From assembly GCA_977017645.1 (NCBI GenBank), contig OZ360219.1, forward strand, positions 289,416,001 through 289,480,000: a stretch of DNA of 64,000 nucleotides, read 5' to 3'. This document shows, piece by piece, positions 11,700-24,667 of this stretch (the first letter of the stretch is position 1; each line of letters begins with the position of its first letter). A model generated the notes under the pieces. The model saw only the letters and a program-made list of their open reading frames with translations, did no database searches and was not told the DNA's origin. Source of the DNA: Torpedo marmorata (taxonomy: Eukaryota). Made by a program: the position numbers and the translations under genes.

Positions 11700-13590
11700 G
11701 AAGCAATGCATCACTGCAAGAGATCCAATGCATCACAGCAAGACCCAATGCATCACTGCAAGAGACCAATGCATCACTGCAAGAGACCCAATGCACAACA
11801 GCAAGACCCAATGCATCACTGCAAGAGACCCAATGCACAACAGAAAGACCCAATGCATCACTGCATGAGACCCAATGCATCACAGCAAGACCCAATGCAT
11901 CACTGCAAGAGACCCAATGCATCACAGCAAGACCCAATGCATCACTGCAAGAGACCCAATGCATCACTGCAAGAGACCCACTGCACACCAGCAAGACCCA
12001 ATGCATCACAGAAATACCCAATGCATCACTGCAAGACCCAATGCATCACTGCAAGAGACCCAATGCACAACAGCAAGACCCAATGCATCACTGCATGAGA
12101 CCCAATGCACAACAGCAAAGCCCGATGCACCACTGCATGAGACCAAATGCATCACAAGTCCCAATGCATCACTGCAATAGACCCAATGCACAACAGCAAT
12201 ACCCAATGCATCACTGCATGAGACACAATGCATCACAGAAAGACCCAATGCATCACTGTAAGAGACCCAATGCACAACAGCAATACCCAATGCATCACTG
12301 CATGAGACCCAATGCATCATAGAAAGACCCAATGCATCACTGCAAGAGACCCAATGCATCACTGCAAGAGACCCAATGCACAACAGCAAGACCCAATGCA
12401 TCACTGCATGAGACCCAATGCACAACAGCAAGACCCAATGCATCACTGCATGAGACCCAATGTACAACAGCAAGACCCAATGCATCACTGCATGAGACCC
12501 AATGCATCACAACAAGACCCAATGCATCACTGCAAGAGACCCAATGCACAACAGCAAGACCCAATGCATCACTGCATGAGACCCAATGCATCACAGAAAG
12601 ACCCAATGCATCACTGCAAGACCCAATGCATCACTGCAAGAGACCAATGCACAACCGCAAGACCCAATGCATCACTGCATGAAAACCAATGCACAACAGG
12701 AAGACCCAATGCATCACTGCATGAGACCCAATGCATCACAGAAAGACCCAATGCATCACTGCAAGAGACCCAATGCACAACAGCAAGACCCAATGCATCA
12801 CTGCATGAGACCCAATGCACAACAGCAAAGCCCGATGCACCACTGCATGAGACCAATACATCACAACAGGACCCAATGCATCACTGCAAGAGACCCGATG
12901 CACAACAGCAATACCCAATGCATCACTGCATGAGACCCAATGCATCACAGAAAGACCCAATGCATCACTGCAAGACCCAATGCATCACAGAAAGACCCAA
13001 TGCATCACTGCATGAGACCCAATGCATCACAGAAAGACCCAATGCATCACTGCAAGAGACCCAATGCACAACAGCAAGACCCAATGCATCACTGCATGAG
13101 ACCCAATGCACAACAGCAAAGCCCGATGCACCAATGCATGAGACCCAATGCATCACAAGACCCAATGCATCACTGCAAGAGACCCAATGCACAACAGCAA
13201 TACCCAATGCATCACTGCATGAGACCCAATGCATCACAGAAAGACCCAATGCATCACTGCAAGAGACCCAATGCACAACAGCAATACCCAATGCATCACT
13301 GCATGAGACCCAATGCATCACAGAAAGACCCAATGCATCACTGCAAGAGACCCAATGCACAACAGCAAGACCCAATGCATCACTGCATGAGACCCAATGT
13401 ACAACAGCAAGACCCAATGCATCACTGCATGAGACCCAATGTATCACAGAAAGACCCTATGCATCACTGCAGGAGACCCAATGCACAACAGCAAGGCCCA
13501 ATGCATCACTGCATGAGACCCAATGCATCACAACAAGACCCAATGCATCACTGCAAGAGACCCAATGCACAACAGCAAGACCCAAAGCAG
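11700..13590. repeat. ~1.9 kb satellite of 20- and 22-nt monomers (core GACCCAATGCA) with 42/84-nt higher-order periodicity
   Basis: Monomers gacccaatgcatcactgca(a/t)ga (22 nt), gacccaatgcacaacagcaa (20) and gacccaatgcatcacagaaa (20) alternate. Confidence 0.97.
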
Positions 13591-14109
13591 CACACAGGAA
13601 ACCCAACATATCAGTTAAAGTTCTCACATTCCAGCTGTGCAAATCCCTGCTACTTCCTACACAATGGATGGGTCCTGTAACCCAAGTTACCCCTGCATAT
13701 ATCAGTAGCTTGCTGTCAACACCTCTGATTGAAGTCTGCACACAGTGCTCAGGTAGCAAACCATTCCATTAAGTCAAGGAGCAGTGCACAGAAACAGTTC
13801 ATCGATCAGAGATGTGTAGCAGACACAATTTCCTTTCCAGGAACAGTCAGATATAATAATTGAAGGTTATGCTACAACATCAATCTCCAATTATAAAGCC
13901 CCTTATACACAGTGAAATAGTCTTGTTTCCTGGAAGTGATAACAATCTGACTCCAAATGATACAAGGAGATTTTAGCAGAGTTGTCCAAAATCTTAAAAA
14001 CAGATTGGTTTTATGGAATGCCTAGGGGAGAAAGAAGCTGAGAGGCAGCAAGGCTTAAAAAATAATGGATTGACCATTTATCGAGCAGTTCAGGACACTT
14101 TTCTGGATA

Positions 14110-14448
14110 GTACAGTGGTGTATCTAGTGGAGCTGCTGCTTCACAGCACCAGAGTCCCTGGTTTAATCCTGACCTTGGGTGCTGTCTGTGTGGAGTTTGC
14201 ACTTAGACTTTTTGTGAGCACGTGGGTTTCCTCTGGGTTCCCCGGTTTCTTCCCACAATCCTAAAACGTACTAGTTGGTATGTTAATTGGCCCACTGTAA
14301 ATTGCCCCAAGTATGAAGATGAGTGGTAGAATTTAGTGGGAGCTGATGAGAATAAAATAGGATTAATGTAGGATTGGTGTAAATGGGTGGTTGGTAAGGC
14401 CCTGGCGGGCCTACAGCCCTGCTCTATGTTGCATCTCTCTGTGACTCC
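14110..14448 (+). mobile_element. tRNA-derived V-SINE-like element (older family)
   Basis: Degenerate A/B-box head, then gtctgtgtggagtttgcac...gggtttcctctggg...ccggtttcttcccaca central domain and a CR1-like tail. Related copies on minus at ~3600-3870, ~35300-35630 and ~58340-58660. Confidence 0.7.
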
Positions 14449-14751
14449 AGAACTTTTAAAATGTACTAAAACATTTTAGAGCCATTAAAGTACGCCTGAG
14501 AAGTGTGGAGGGAATTCAGAGCTCAGGGCATCAGTGAGTGAAGACATGGTGGGAACAGCTGAGGTGCAGGCCGGAGACCTGAGGCCAAAGCTGGTTGTGA
14601 AAACACTCAAAGACAAAGATCTGTGGAAGGCTTTCACCAGAGTGCTGGCTGGAAAGAATGAAAGGCAACTTTTATTGTAATGGAGAATGAGGTCATTTGA
14701 ATATGGAGGGAGCTATAGGGCTGTGTTATCGAACTGTGGTTGCAAAACCAT

Positions 14752-14872
14752 TTATCTATAGTGGGGGCATTTATTCCTCAGTGGGAGGGTGTTTATCTAT
14801 AGTAGGGGCATTTATTCCTCAGTGAGAGGGTGTTTATCTATAGTGGAGGCATTTATTCCTCAGTGGGGGGTA
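14752..14872. repeat. 41-bp tandem repeat x3
   Basis: tttatctatagtgggggcatttattcctcagtgggagggtg repeated with few substitutions. Confidence 0.9.
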
Positions 14873-14881
14873 TTTGCAGAA

Positions 14882-15211
14882 CAGTAGGTCCAAAAATCCG
14901 GATGCCAGAAATCCAGACCACCTGAGAATCCGGACTTTTCGAAAACTCTCAAACTTTTTAAATTTAGGGGCTTTTGTGTGCGAGCGTGCATGCGTAAGCG
15001 CCACAGATACACAGCGGCATTTTCAATTTTTCTTTAAAACTTCTCGTTTTGATAAATGAAGCATGCTGTATTTGCTAATGAATAAACTATCAAAATTTAC
15101 CTGTTCATCTCTTCTTTATTCCTCCTTAAATTTGAATTTTAAAAGTACTGCCTGAGAATCCGGAAAATCCGGACCAATCCCCGAGCCGCCCGGATTTTTG
15201 GACTTCTACTG
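14882..15211. mobile_element. Tc1/mariner (Tigger-like) MITE, copy 1
   Basis: TIRs cagtaggtccaaaaatccgg / ccggatttttggacttctactg followed by TA. Near-identical copy at 26500-26866. Confidence 0.8.
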
Positions 15212-15607
15212 TATAAGTTGACTATTTGTAGTGGGGTAATTGTTTAACTGCAGCTTGAGGAATTTATCCGTCATGGGTACATCATTACCTTTTTGGGGCC
15301 TGAGAGGTATTTATCTGTCGTGGGGACTCTGGGTGTTCAAACTCCTAACAGATGGTCACAGAGTGAGGAAACTAGAAAGAGAAATCCTGGCTGTATTGCT
15401 GTCCAGGGAGAATCAGCAATTCCTGCCACATTTAGAAGTGTGTTGGGTGGAAATTACTGGGTGACTTTAAGCAAAGTTAAAACAATTCAGTGTGGAGCCT
15501 AACTGAAACCAGCCACGAGCTACATCTTCTTGGGAAACGTCCGAATGCTTTACCCGACAGCGGAGAACTACATAATAAGGTAGGACAGTAATGCCAGGTA
15601 TTGCTTA

Positions 15608-15772
<165 letters not shown>

Positions 15773-16704
15773 CTAATTCACTGAAGCCTTTTTAAAACCG
15801 CCCTATTCTCTGGGTGCTGCCAACCGTGTCTAACATAGTTATCAACGGCGTGACTTAATTGAATAAAGCCCCTTTTCTCTTCCAACGTGAAGTACGGTGC
15901 TGATCCCTTCAATCACAGCATCTATGGAGCACAGGCCAGTGCTGGAATTAAAATGACCAGTTAATCAGATAGCTGACAGACCGTTTAGAACCTGTTGGCT
16001 ATTCTGCCCATCCTCTGGAGCAGAACTAATGACTTTTTTTCCCTCTCTATGCTCATTTTCTCTGTCCTGAAAAGCTTGGAACTGAGGCAGAGCTTCTCTG
16101 TCACTGACTCCCTTTAACAATAGATCTGTATTGGCAGCATTCAGTTGATTTGAGAATGCCTTGACGTTAAGGTCATGCTTACACACCACTCTGATGGGTG
16201 TAGGCTCTGGGGAACACAGCCTCCATTTCACTCCAATTCAATACCCGGACTCAACTGGACCTGCTGGGAGGAAAGGAGCTCGAAACAGGAGCATCCTGGG
16301 CTGGAAATGTATCCATGGACAGTGAGGAGCTGAGCGCAGGGATGGACACCCAGCTGAACCAATGCCATATTCACCGGGATGACACTGGGATAAAGGGGTA
16401 AAGGTCAGAAGGCAGATGGCACAGTCTTCCCTGGAACTTAGCAGGTGAAAGAGTGACCTGGATAAGATTTGACAGGGTAAGCACAGGGGGACTGGTAGGA
16501 AAAACAAGTAAATGAGGAAGCACAGAGGCTTCAAATTAGATCCTGGATTGACATCAGTGCGCTCAGTTAGAACATAAGAAATAGGAGCAGGAGTAGGCCA
16601 TCCAGCCCGTCAATCCTGCTCTGCCATTCAACTTCCTGCCTTTTCTCCCCATATTCCTTAATTCCCCTACTATGTAAAAATCTATCCAACCTTGTCTTAA
16701 ATAT

Positions 16705-17859
16705 GGTAAAAAACACAAAAGCTGGAGAACTCAGCAGGTCAAACAGTGTCTTTTATGTAGCAAAGGTAGAAATACATAACCGACGTTTCGGGCTTGAGCC
16801 CTTCATCAAAGTATGAGAAAATGCCGGCAGGCGTCCGAACAAAGGAGTGAGGGGGGAAGGGAGGTGGCAAAGGCAGGAGATGATAGGTGGAGAAAGGAGG
16901 GAGGGGACAGCAGCAAAGAGGGGGAGGAGGGATGGCTGGGTGGGTGGAAAAAAACAGGTGAGGGGGGAGGGGGGAGAGAGAACAACAAACAGGTTAGTGG
17001 AAAGCAGAAAAGTCAATGTTAATGCCATCTGGCTGGAGAGTGCCGAGACGGAATATGAGATGTTGTTCCTCCAATTTGCGGGTAGTCTGGGTGGGATAGT
17101 ACATGAGGCCATGGACAGACATGTGAGCGTGGGAGTGTGACCCAGAATTGAAATGGTTGGCTACTGGGAGGTCGCTGCTGCGGCGGACGGAGAGGAGGTG
17201 CTCAGCAAAGCGGTCTCCCAATCTCCGACCGGTCTCTCCAATGTAGAGAAAGCCACAAAGGGAGCACCGGATGCAGTAGATAAGTCCTTTGGATGTACAA
17301 GTGAAGTGTAGTTTCACTTGGAAGGCCTGTTTGGGGCCCTGGACCATGGTGAGGGGGGAGGTGTGGGCGCAGGTGTTGCACCTACTGCGGGCACAGGGGA
17401 AGGTTCCGGGGGTGCGATGGGTGGGGAGGGACGAGTGCACGAGTGAATCGCGGAGGGAGCGGTCCCTGCGGAAGGCCGAGAGGGGAGGAGAAGGAAAAAT
17501 GTGTCTGGTGGTGGGATCCTGCAGCAAGTGCCGGAAATTCCGGCGGATAATGTGTTGGACGCGGAGGCTGGTGGGGTGGTAGGTGAGGATGAGGGGTACT
17601 CTATGTTTGTTGCGTCTGGGGGCAGAGGGGGCCAGGGCAGATGAGCGGGAAATGGAGGAGATGCGGGTGAGGGCTGAGTTGATGGTGGTGGAAGGGAAGC
17701 CACGTTTGTGGAAAAAGGCAGACATTTCCCTTCCACCACCATCAACTCAGCCCTCACCTACCTTTGCTACATAAAAGACACTGTTTGACCTGCTGAGTTC
17801 TCCAGCTTTTGTGTTTTTTACTACATTATTACGGTGTCTACAGATTTCCGTGTTTACTT
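16705..17859 (-). mobile_element. Penelope-like retroelement, 5'-truncated, with GIY-YIG endonuclease ORF and inverted terminal (pLTR) segment
   Basis: ORF 16994-17725 contains HFTCTSKGLIYCIRCSLCGFLYIGETGRRLGDRFAEH...NHF...RKLEEQHLIFRLGTLQPDGIN (GIY-YIG). ~65-bp inverted ends. 14-bp TSD cttgtcttaaatat at 16691-16704 and 17860-17873. Confidence 0.9.
16775..16815 (-). ncRNA. Minimal type I hammerhead ribozyme-like motif in Penelope pLTR
   Basis: Minus strand CAUACU-UUGAUGA-A-GGGC UCAA GCCC-GAAAC-GUC-GGUUAUG: core boxes (C3U variant), stem II, palindromic ACGU stem III, GUC cleavage triplet, imperfect stem I. Confidence 0.6.
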
Positions 17860-18194
17860 CTTGTCTTAAATATATTTACTGCTTCAATGGGCAGCGAATT
17901 CCACAGATTCACCACCCTCTGGGAAAAGCAGTTCCTCCTCATCTCCGTCCTAAATCTAGTAGCCTGGATCTTGAGGCTATGTCCTCTTGTTCTAGTCCCC
18001 CCCCCCCACCCCCCCCCACCAATGGAAACAACTTACCTACCTCTATCTTATCTATGGCTTTCGTAATTTTATAGGTTTCTATGAGATCCCCTCTCATTTT
18101 CTAAATTCCAGCGAGTACAGTCCCAGACAACTCATTCTCTCCTCACTGGCTAACCCCCTCTGAGTTCATTTAGAGACATTACTGGTCATACTTA

Positions 18195-18329
<135 letters not shown>

Positions 18330-19108
18330 TTACCATCGCTCACAACCAGGCCACTTAGCCCATTCTTCTGCATGATGCACTCCACATGAGCTTCCTCCCA
18401 CATCCCTCCACAGTCATTTTACTTCAACTCTGAATCTTCCTCATGCATTCTGCTGACTTTTCCTTAAGTGCACCTATTCTGGTCACCAAAGCACACCTTG
18501 GGAGTGTGTGTCTACTTCCTTTCTGAATTGATTAGTGACAATCTTTGCATCAATGGACCATAGTTTGGGATCTCCAGGCCTCCTCCATTATCTGGAAGGT
18601 TATTCGATGATAAGTCGCCTTATTGCTTTTTTCCTTTGTGATAGAAAAGAACTTCATCTGGTTCTCTCATCTCTGCCCGCAGGCTGTTCAGCCTATGCTG
18701 GGATCCCCAACACTTATCAGGCGTCCAGGATCTTCAGGGCTTTGCACGCAAAGTGCCCCTGTGCCTGGTATGTAATCAGGCCCTGTAGTTTCAGACTGAG
18801 GCCTCGTTGCGATGCCACTTACTCAAGTCACACCCTCCTCTCCCCTCTCCCTTTGAGCAGATGATACACGTGTTGGAAAACACACACCACCTGATTCAAG
18901 GACAGTTTCTTCCCTGCTGTCATCAGACTCTTGAATGGACCTCTCGTCAGTAAAATGATGCCACACTTGCACTGTTTTAACTGACCTTTATCTCAGTAAC
19001 AGTGTACTCTGCACTTTTGTTTTACTCAAAGACACGTTGACTTGACTGGATAGCACGCAAAACCAAGTTTTCCAGGCGACAATAAACAATTCAATTTGTT
19101 TCAATTCA

Positions 19109-19306
<198 letters not shown>

Positions 19307-21235
19307 CTAACCGGGACAAAAAAACAATCAGGACAATTAAACAGTTGGACAGCAAATACACGATATCTGATTGTTATTCCTCAACCTTTCAAATAACATG
19401 AGAGCAATTATTTATATTCTGCTACATTAACATTGAAATTACTCGATCTTTCCCATTTGCCATCAGCTCCTTGCAAATGTACTTCTGGCAGGAGTTGTTC
19501 TGTGTCATCAACATTACACTGGTTTCATTACTATAGCGGTTGCCTTACACCCAATCCAGGGCACCCAAACTTCAATTGTCACTCCAGAGGTAACAACTGA
19601 CCTTCTTTTAAGAGTGAGGAGGGCCTGATGTGGATCTGATATCCCTAGGTGCAGTTTCTGGATCACAGAAGGAGTCATTCCTTGCTAATGCAGGACTGTG
19701 GCACAGAATTACTCTAAACACAAGAGATGGCAGATGTAGGAATTTGGTGCAAAAGATAAACTGCTGGAGGAACTCAGTGGGTAGAGCAACATTTGTGAGG
19801 GGTGGGGAGGAAGGAATTGCTCTGGTTGAGGCCCAGCAGCAGGACTGAGAGTGGAGAGGGAAGATAGCCAGTACACTGGATTGCTGCTTCAATAGCAGAT
19901 AATTGCTGGGATCCCCCATGCATTGCTCTAATACTGGATCTTTGAATTCACCCTGCATTATTGCACGAGCACTGGATCACTGCAATAACACTGGGTGGTG
20001 CAGATGGTGCAACGTATATTGCTAAAAATGTGGCCTGACCTCTCTGCGTCAAAGACCACCTAAGACCCTCTTAACAGGGCCTGAATTATAAACATCATCC
20101 TGGACTCTGAAGTTAAGAAGCTGGTTTGAAGTTGGCTGTTTCACCTCTGGGTGAATGGAATTTGATGATTTTTGTGCATCCACTGTATTGGAGTGAACCT
20201 GGACTTTCCGTGGCTGGGAGTACCTTCATCAAAGAGCTGCAGTGATAGGCCACCGCAAAGGTTGTATAGGCGAAACAAAACTAAGTATTCAGTGGGTCGG
20301 TCAGTATGCACAGAGTGAACAATGTTCTGGGGCTTGGTCTTTCCACCCAGAATGTGACCACTTACAGGTTCTCCTTCAAGTCACATCATTATGGAATTGG
20401 AAATGCATCACTGATCCTTGACTGCTGCTAAATAAAAGTTTCCACCTGACAGCACTCTGGGAGAACCTTCATTATGGAGATTACAGCACTTCAATAAGAT
20501 AACGAGGGCATTTAATGATTTTAATTTAATATTTAATCACGATGTTGCCCACATTCCTGAAAAATATAAAATGGAAGCTTTCACAGCCCTTTGGGATCCA
20601 GTATGTTTAATAAGCACAATCTCATCTGCTGTGTTTCACAACACATTATGGCTTTGTTAAATGAAGAAGGTTATTTTTAAATTAATGTTTGGGTTGTGTT
20701 CAGATGAATTTTGAAATCGCTGCAGTTCATCTGGTGAGTTCCCCCCACAGCGTTGTTAGGTGGGCACTTCCAGGCTTTAGATCCAGCAACATTGATGGAT
20801 GGGTGGACTATATACTTCCAAGTCAGGATGGTGGTCACTCAGAGTGGAACCTGAAGGTGTTATTGGTCCCATGCACCTGCTGCATTGCCCTTATTGACAG
20901 CAGAATTTGTGGGTTTGTGAGGTGCAGTGGGAGTAGTCTGGGTAAATGGCTGCAGTACATTTTATTGATGGCACACACTACAGTCTCTATGCTGGGTGGT
21001 GGAGGGAATGAATACTGATGATGGAGAATGGGGTACCGATTGATGGACTGCTTAATCCTAGCTGGTGTTGAGCATCTTGAGTGTTGGAGCCACACTCACC
21101 CAGGCAAATGGATAGTATTCATCATGCTCCATGGCTTGTGCTTTGTAGATACTGGAAAGACTCTCGAAGTTTTAGGAGGCTGGTTACATTTGGTCAAAGT
21201 CTGCATTGCATATAAAATCATCACTCGGCAACACT

Positions 21236-22000
21236 AGGAATTTTCACACCGCCGACATCTTGTGTCCCGGGAAAAGTTCCAGGGAAGCCTGGACCTCCGG
21301 GTTCTTTCAGACTGCAGCCTAACTTACCTGGAGAAGTAGCAACCAGGCAATTTAAGGGTGGTCCCGCCTCCAACGATGACGATGCGAGTGACGCGTTACG
21401 CACTCACAGGAAATGTTTCAAAAAACAATAGGCCCGCTCAGGGCAGCGGCTCAATGCGGGATCAATGGCCGTCTTCGATACCCATATTCCCCCACGCAGC
21501 TGGAACCGCTCTGCCACTTTGCCATCACCAGGGAAATGCAGAGCGGTTCCAGCTGCGTGGGGGATTATGGGTAACGAAGACGGCCATTGATCCCGCAGAC
21601 GCCCTGAGCGGGCCTGTTGTTTTTTGATTTCGGTAAGCTACAAGTTTTTCAATTTTAAAATACCTTTAATATTGTGGCTTAGGTCCCTTTAGCATCGTTA
21701 AAGTGACATTTATATTGTTGTATCTCTTATTTCTATTTTTATGGGTTTTATGTGATGCAAGCACGCACGCGCTGACGTCAGTAATATTACTGGGTGAGCC
21801 ATTTGCTTTTTCAGACCACCAGAGGACGGCTGCCGGGTTAACTCGGCCGGGCTCCGAGACTACCCCCGACTCAGTCTCGGAGCCCGGTCGATTTTGACCT
21901 GCCATGCAAGGTTGGGCCTTTTTAGACTGGACGTTTTACAGGTGAGTTCCCGGGAAATTGGACAGTCTGCCCGCATACACTCGGTAGTGTGAAAAGGCCT
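21236..22000. mobile_element. PIF/Harbinger-like MITE, CpG-rich, with internal ~90-bp inverted repeat
   Basis: TIRs aggaattttcacacc / agtgtgaaaaggcct flanked by 3-bp act duplication. Internal palindrome ~21418-21627. Confidence 0.65.
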
Positions 22001-22033
22001 ACTGCTGTCCAAGAAAAATCTGGAAGGGTTTAC

Positions 22034-22224
22034 CTTTTGAGAAGCCAGATATTCCATCCCACGTGCCACCTGGTAGGCACAAGACACTAGATCCTTGAAC
22101 GTCAGCTGCTCATCTGGCACCTTGCAGGTGTCGAAGGAATAATCCATGCCAGGAGGCCGTCGTGCTTTGAGGTATTCCCGCAGGTTGCCTTTTGATGCAA
22201 ATTCAACTATGACGTAGAGTGGAC
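22034..22224 (-). CDS. FGFR3: FGFR3 kinase-insert exon (191 nt)
   Basis: cag|GT CCA ... CAA AAG|gtaaa. Translates [64 protein letters not shown]. Confidence 0.97.
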
Positions 22225-22489
22225 CTGGGCAGGACACAAAGGCCACAGACGGCGTTATAGGGAGGGAACATGTGTGAACAGAGTGACCAAACCTGTGCTG
22301 GTTCCAAAACATGCCATCCCTTAGAAAATAGACCAGTGGCTTAGGGATTCATGCCTTATTAAAGGGATTAAGGGAGTGAACAACTAGGATTGAACAGTAG
22401 GAAGAAAAATATAAGCAAATTGCAACTTTTGTTGAACAAGCCAGACACCCTCCACCCCCAGCTGTTTCTCCAGCACCCAGATCAAAAAC

Positions 22490-22745
22490 TGCTCCTGGGG
22501 TGTGGGGAGATGGGGTGTGGGGACCAAGGGTATGAGAAGCTGGTGTGTGAAGAGCAGGGCAGTGGTGGGGTGTTAGGGTATTCGGAGCTGAGCTGCGATG
22601 AATTGGGGTATGAGGAGATAAGATGTAAAGAGCTTTGGACGGGAAGTTGGAGTGTGGGGAGTTGGGATGTGGGGAGCTGGGGTGCAGGGAGATGGGATGT
22701 GGGATGTTGGGGTGTGGGGAGCTGAGGTGTGGGGAGCTGGGTTTA
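22490..22745. repeat. G-rich degenerate ~15-bp repeat (gggagctggggtgtg)
   Basis: Repeated ggggtgtggggagct-like units. Confidence 0.7.
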
Positions 22746-23129
<384 letters not shown>

Positions 23130-23760
23130 TCACCTCCATGTCCCACATTACTCTGACCTGACCTTCATCATCACGGGGTCCCAACCCTGGTACTCCCTTC
23201 CGAACAGCACCGTGGAGTGCCTTCACCAGAGGGACTGCAGTGGTTCGAGGAGGCAGCTCAGCACCATGTTTTCAATTTGCAATTAGGGGTGGGCAATGAA
23301 TTCTGGCCTTGCTGGAGGCCCTCTGATCCCTTTAATGGAATGTGATATAGTTTGGTGAACTGTCTGGAAGAACCTTACTGATAGTAACCTGGTGTGAAAG
23401 TGTAAAACCAGCATCAGCAAAATTGGTTGTATACCAAGCGTCTGTCATTATTATCAGCCTTTATCTGATCGATTTTAGTTTAAATGAGCTAACAATGACA
23501 TAAACATTTTTGAAAAAAGATTCAATGCATACGTGGAACTTCAACAGTGAAAAAATTCCATATGATTAAACATGCAGAACTAAATCGCGCACAACATGTG
23601 CACTTCCAATTGAGGGATTGTAAATGGCAATGTCACCATTTCCCATTCATTGCGACTATGTCAACAATCACAATGTAGTTGTAAGTTCTGGCAGATGGCA
23701 GTGTGCAATAACTCTGGAACTGCCCCCTCACTGTTAATATTGATCAATGCATTTCATATA

Positions 23761-24024
23761 GGGGCGGCACGGTTAGCGTAGTGGTTAGCGCAACGCTGTT
23801 ACAGCGCCAGCGATCGGGACTGGGGTTCGAATCCCGCGCTGTCTGTAAAGAGTTTGTGCGTTCTCCCCGTGTCTGCATGGGTTTCCTCCGGGGGCTCCGG
23901 TTTCCTCCCACTGTTCGAAACGTACCAGAGGTTGTAGGTTAATTGGGTATAATTGGGCAGCAAGGGCTCATGGGCCGAAATGGCCTGTTACCGTGCAGAA
24001 TGTCAAAATTTAAAATTTAAATTT
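23761..24024 (+). mobile_element. tRNA-derived SINE (young family)
   Basis: A box tagcgtagtgg, B box ggttcgaatcc, V-domain-like body and (aaattt)n tail. Further copies listed separately. Confidence 0.88.
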
Positions 24025-24069
24025 ATATGTGATTGTGGATTCTTTACTCTGATGTATCTGAATATCAGG

Positions 24070-24285
24070 GGTACGTTTTTCACACAGACAGTTGTGGGTG
24101 CCTGAAATGCATTGCCAGGGGTGGTGGTGGAGGCTGGAACAATAGGGGCATTTAAGAGACTCTTAGATGAAAGAAAAATAGAGGGTTATGAGGTAGGGAG
24201 GGTTTCATTTTTTTTAGGTATATATCGGTTGGCTCAACACCATGGACTGAAGGGCCTGTACTGTGCTGTAATGTTCTATGTTCTA
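24070..24285 (+). mobile_element. CR1 LINE 3' fragment
   Basis: tttcacacagacagttgtgggtgcctgaaatgcattgccaggggtggtggtggaggctgg...gggcctgtactgtgctgtaatgttctatgttct. Nearly the same as 41845-42140. Confidence 0.8.
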
Positions 24286-24390
24286 ACTTAATTAAAGGAT
24301 ATAATTTAGTGGGTTTACTTCATGCTTAAAAAGCTACTTAAAGCTTTGCTTTTGCTGATAACACCTTGTGACATGTACCCTGCTCTACTC

Positions 24391-24576
24391 GAAAGTAAAA
24401 CACGAAAGTCTGCCGACACCGTGGTTGAAGTAAAAACACAATGCTTGAGAAACTCAGCTAGTCAAACTGTGTACTTTATGAAGGGCTCAAGCCTGAAACA
24501 TTGGTTATGTATCTTTATCTTTGCTACATAAAGTACACTGTTTGACCAGCTGAGTTTCTCCAGCATTGTGTTTTTA
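24391..24576. mobile_element. Miniature fold-back Penelope derivative
   Basis: Inverted arms of the same pLTR as 16705-17859 with a partial hammerhead centre. Flanked by acc(c/g)tgctctactc duplication. Confidence 0.8.
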
Positions 24577-24667
24577 CCGTGCTCTACTCTTTAGTTTTTA
24601 GGTCGAGCACAGTAGATTGCTCCTTCAATGACTGTTCAAAGGGCCAGTAACTGAAACACACAGAGTT

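Larger units (their letters stand above)
16568..18160 (-). mobile_element. CR1 LINE 3' fragment interrupted by a Penelope-like insertion
   Basis: CR1 tail (agaacataagaaataggagcaggagtaggcc) at 16568-16704 resumes at 17860-18160 (ttccacagattcaccaccctctggga...). Confidence 0.8.

Noticed and set aside
11700-13590. CRISPR-like repeat-spacer appearance
   Set aside because: The 'spacers' are a few recurring variants rather than unique sequences, there are no cas genes, and the context is a vertebrate intron.
11620-13772. Long ORFs (up to 486 aa) of MHHC/TQCIT/VMHWVSC repeats
   Set aside because: They arise from a 42-nt-period satellite open in several frames on both strands inside an FGFR3 intron. 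No evidence of a real gene.
23761-23845. tRNA gene
   Set aside because: A/B boxes continue into a SINE body and tail present in four or more copies. No complete cloverleaf.
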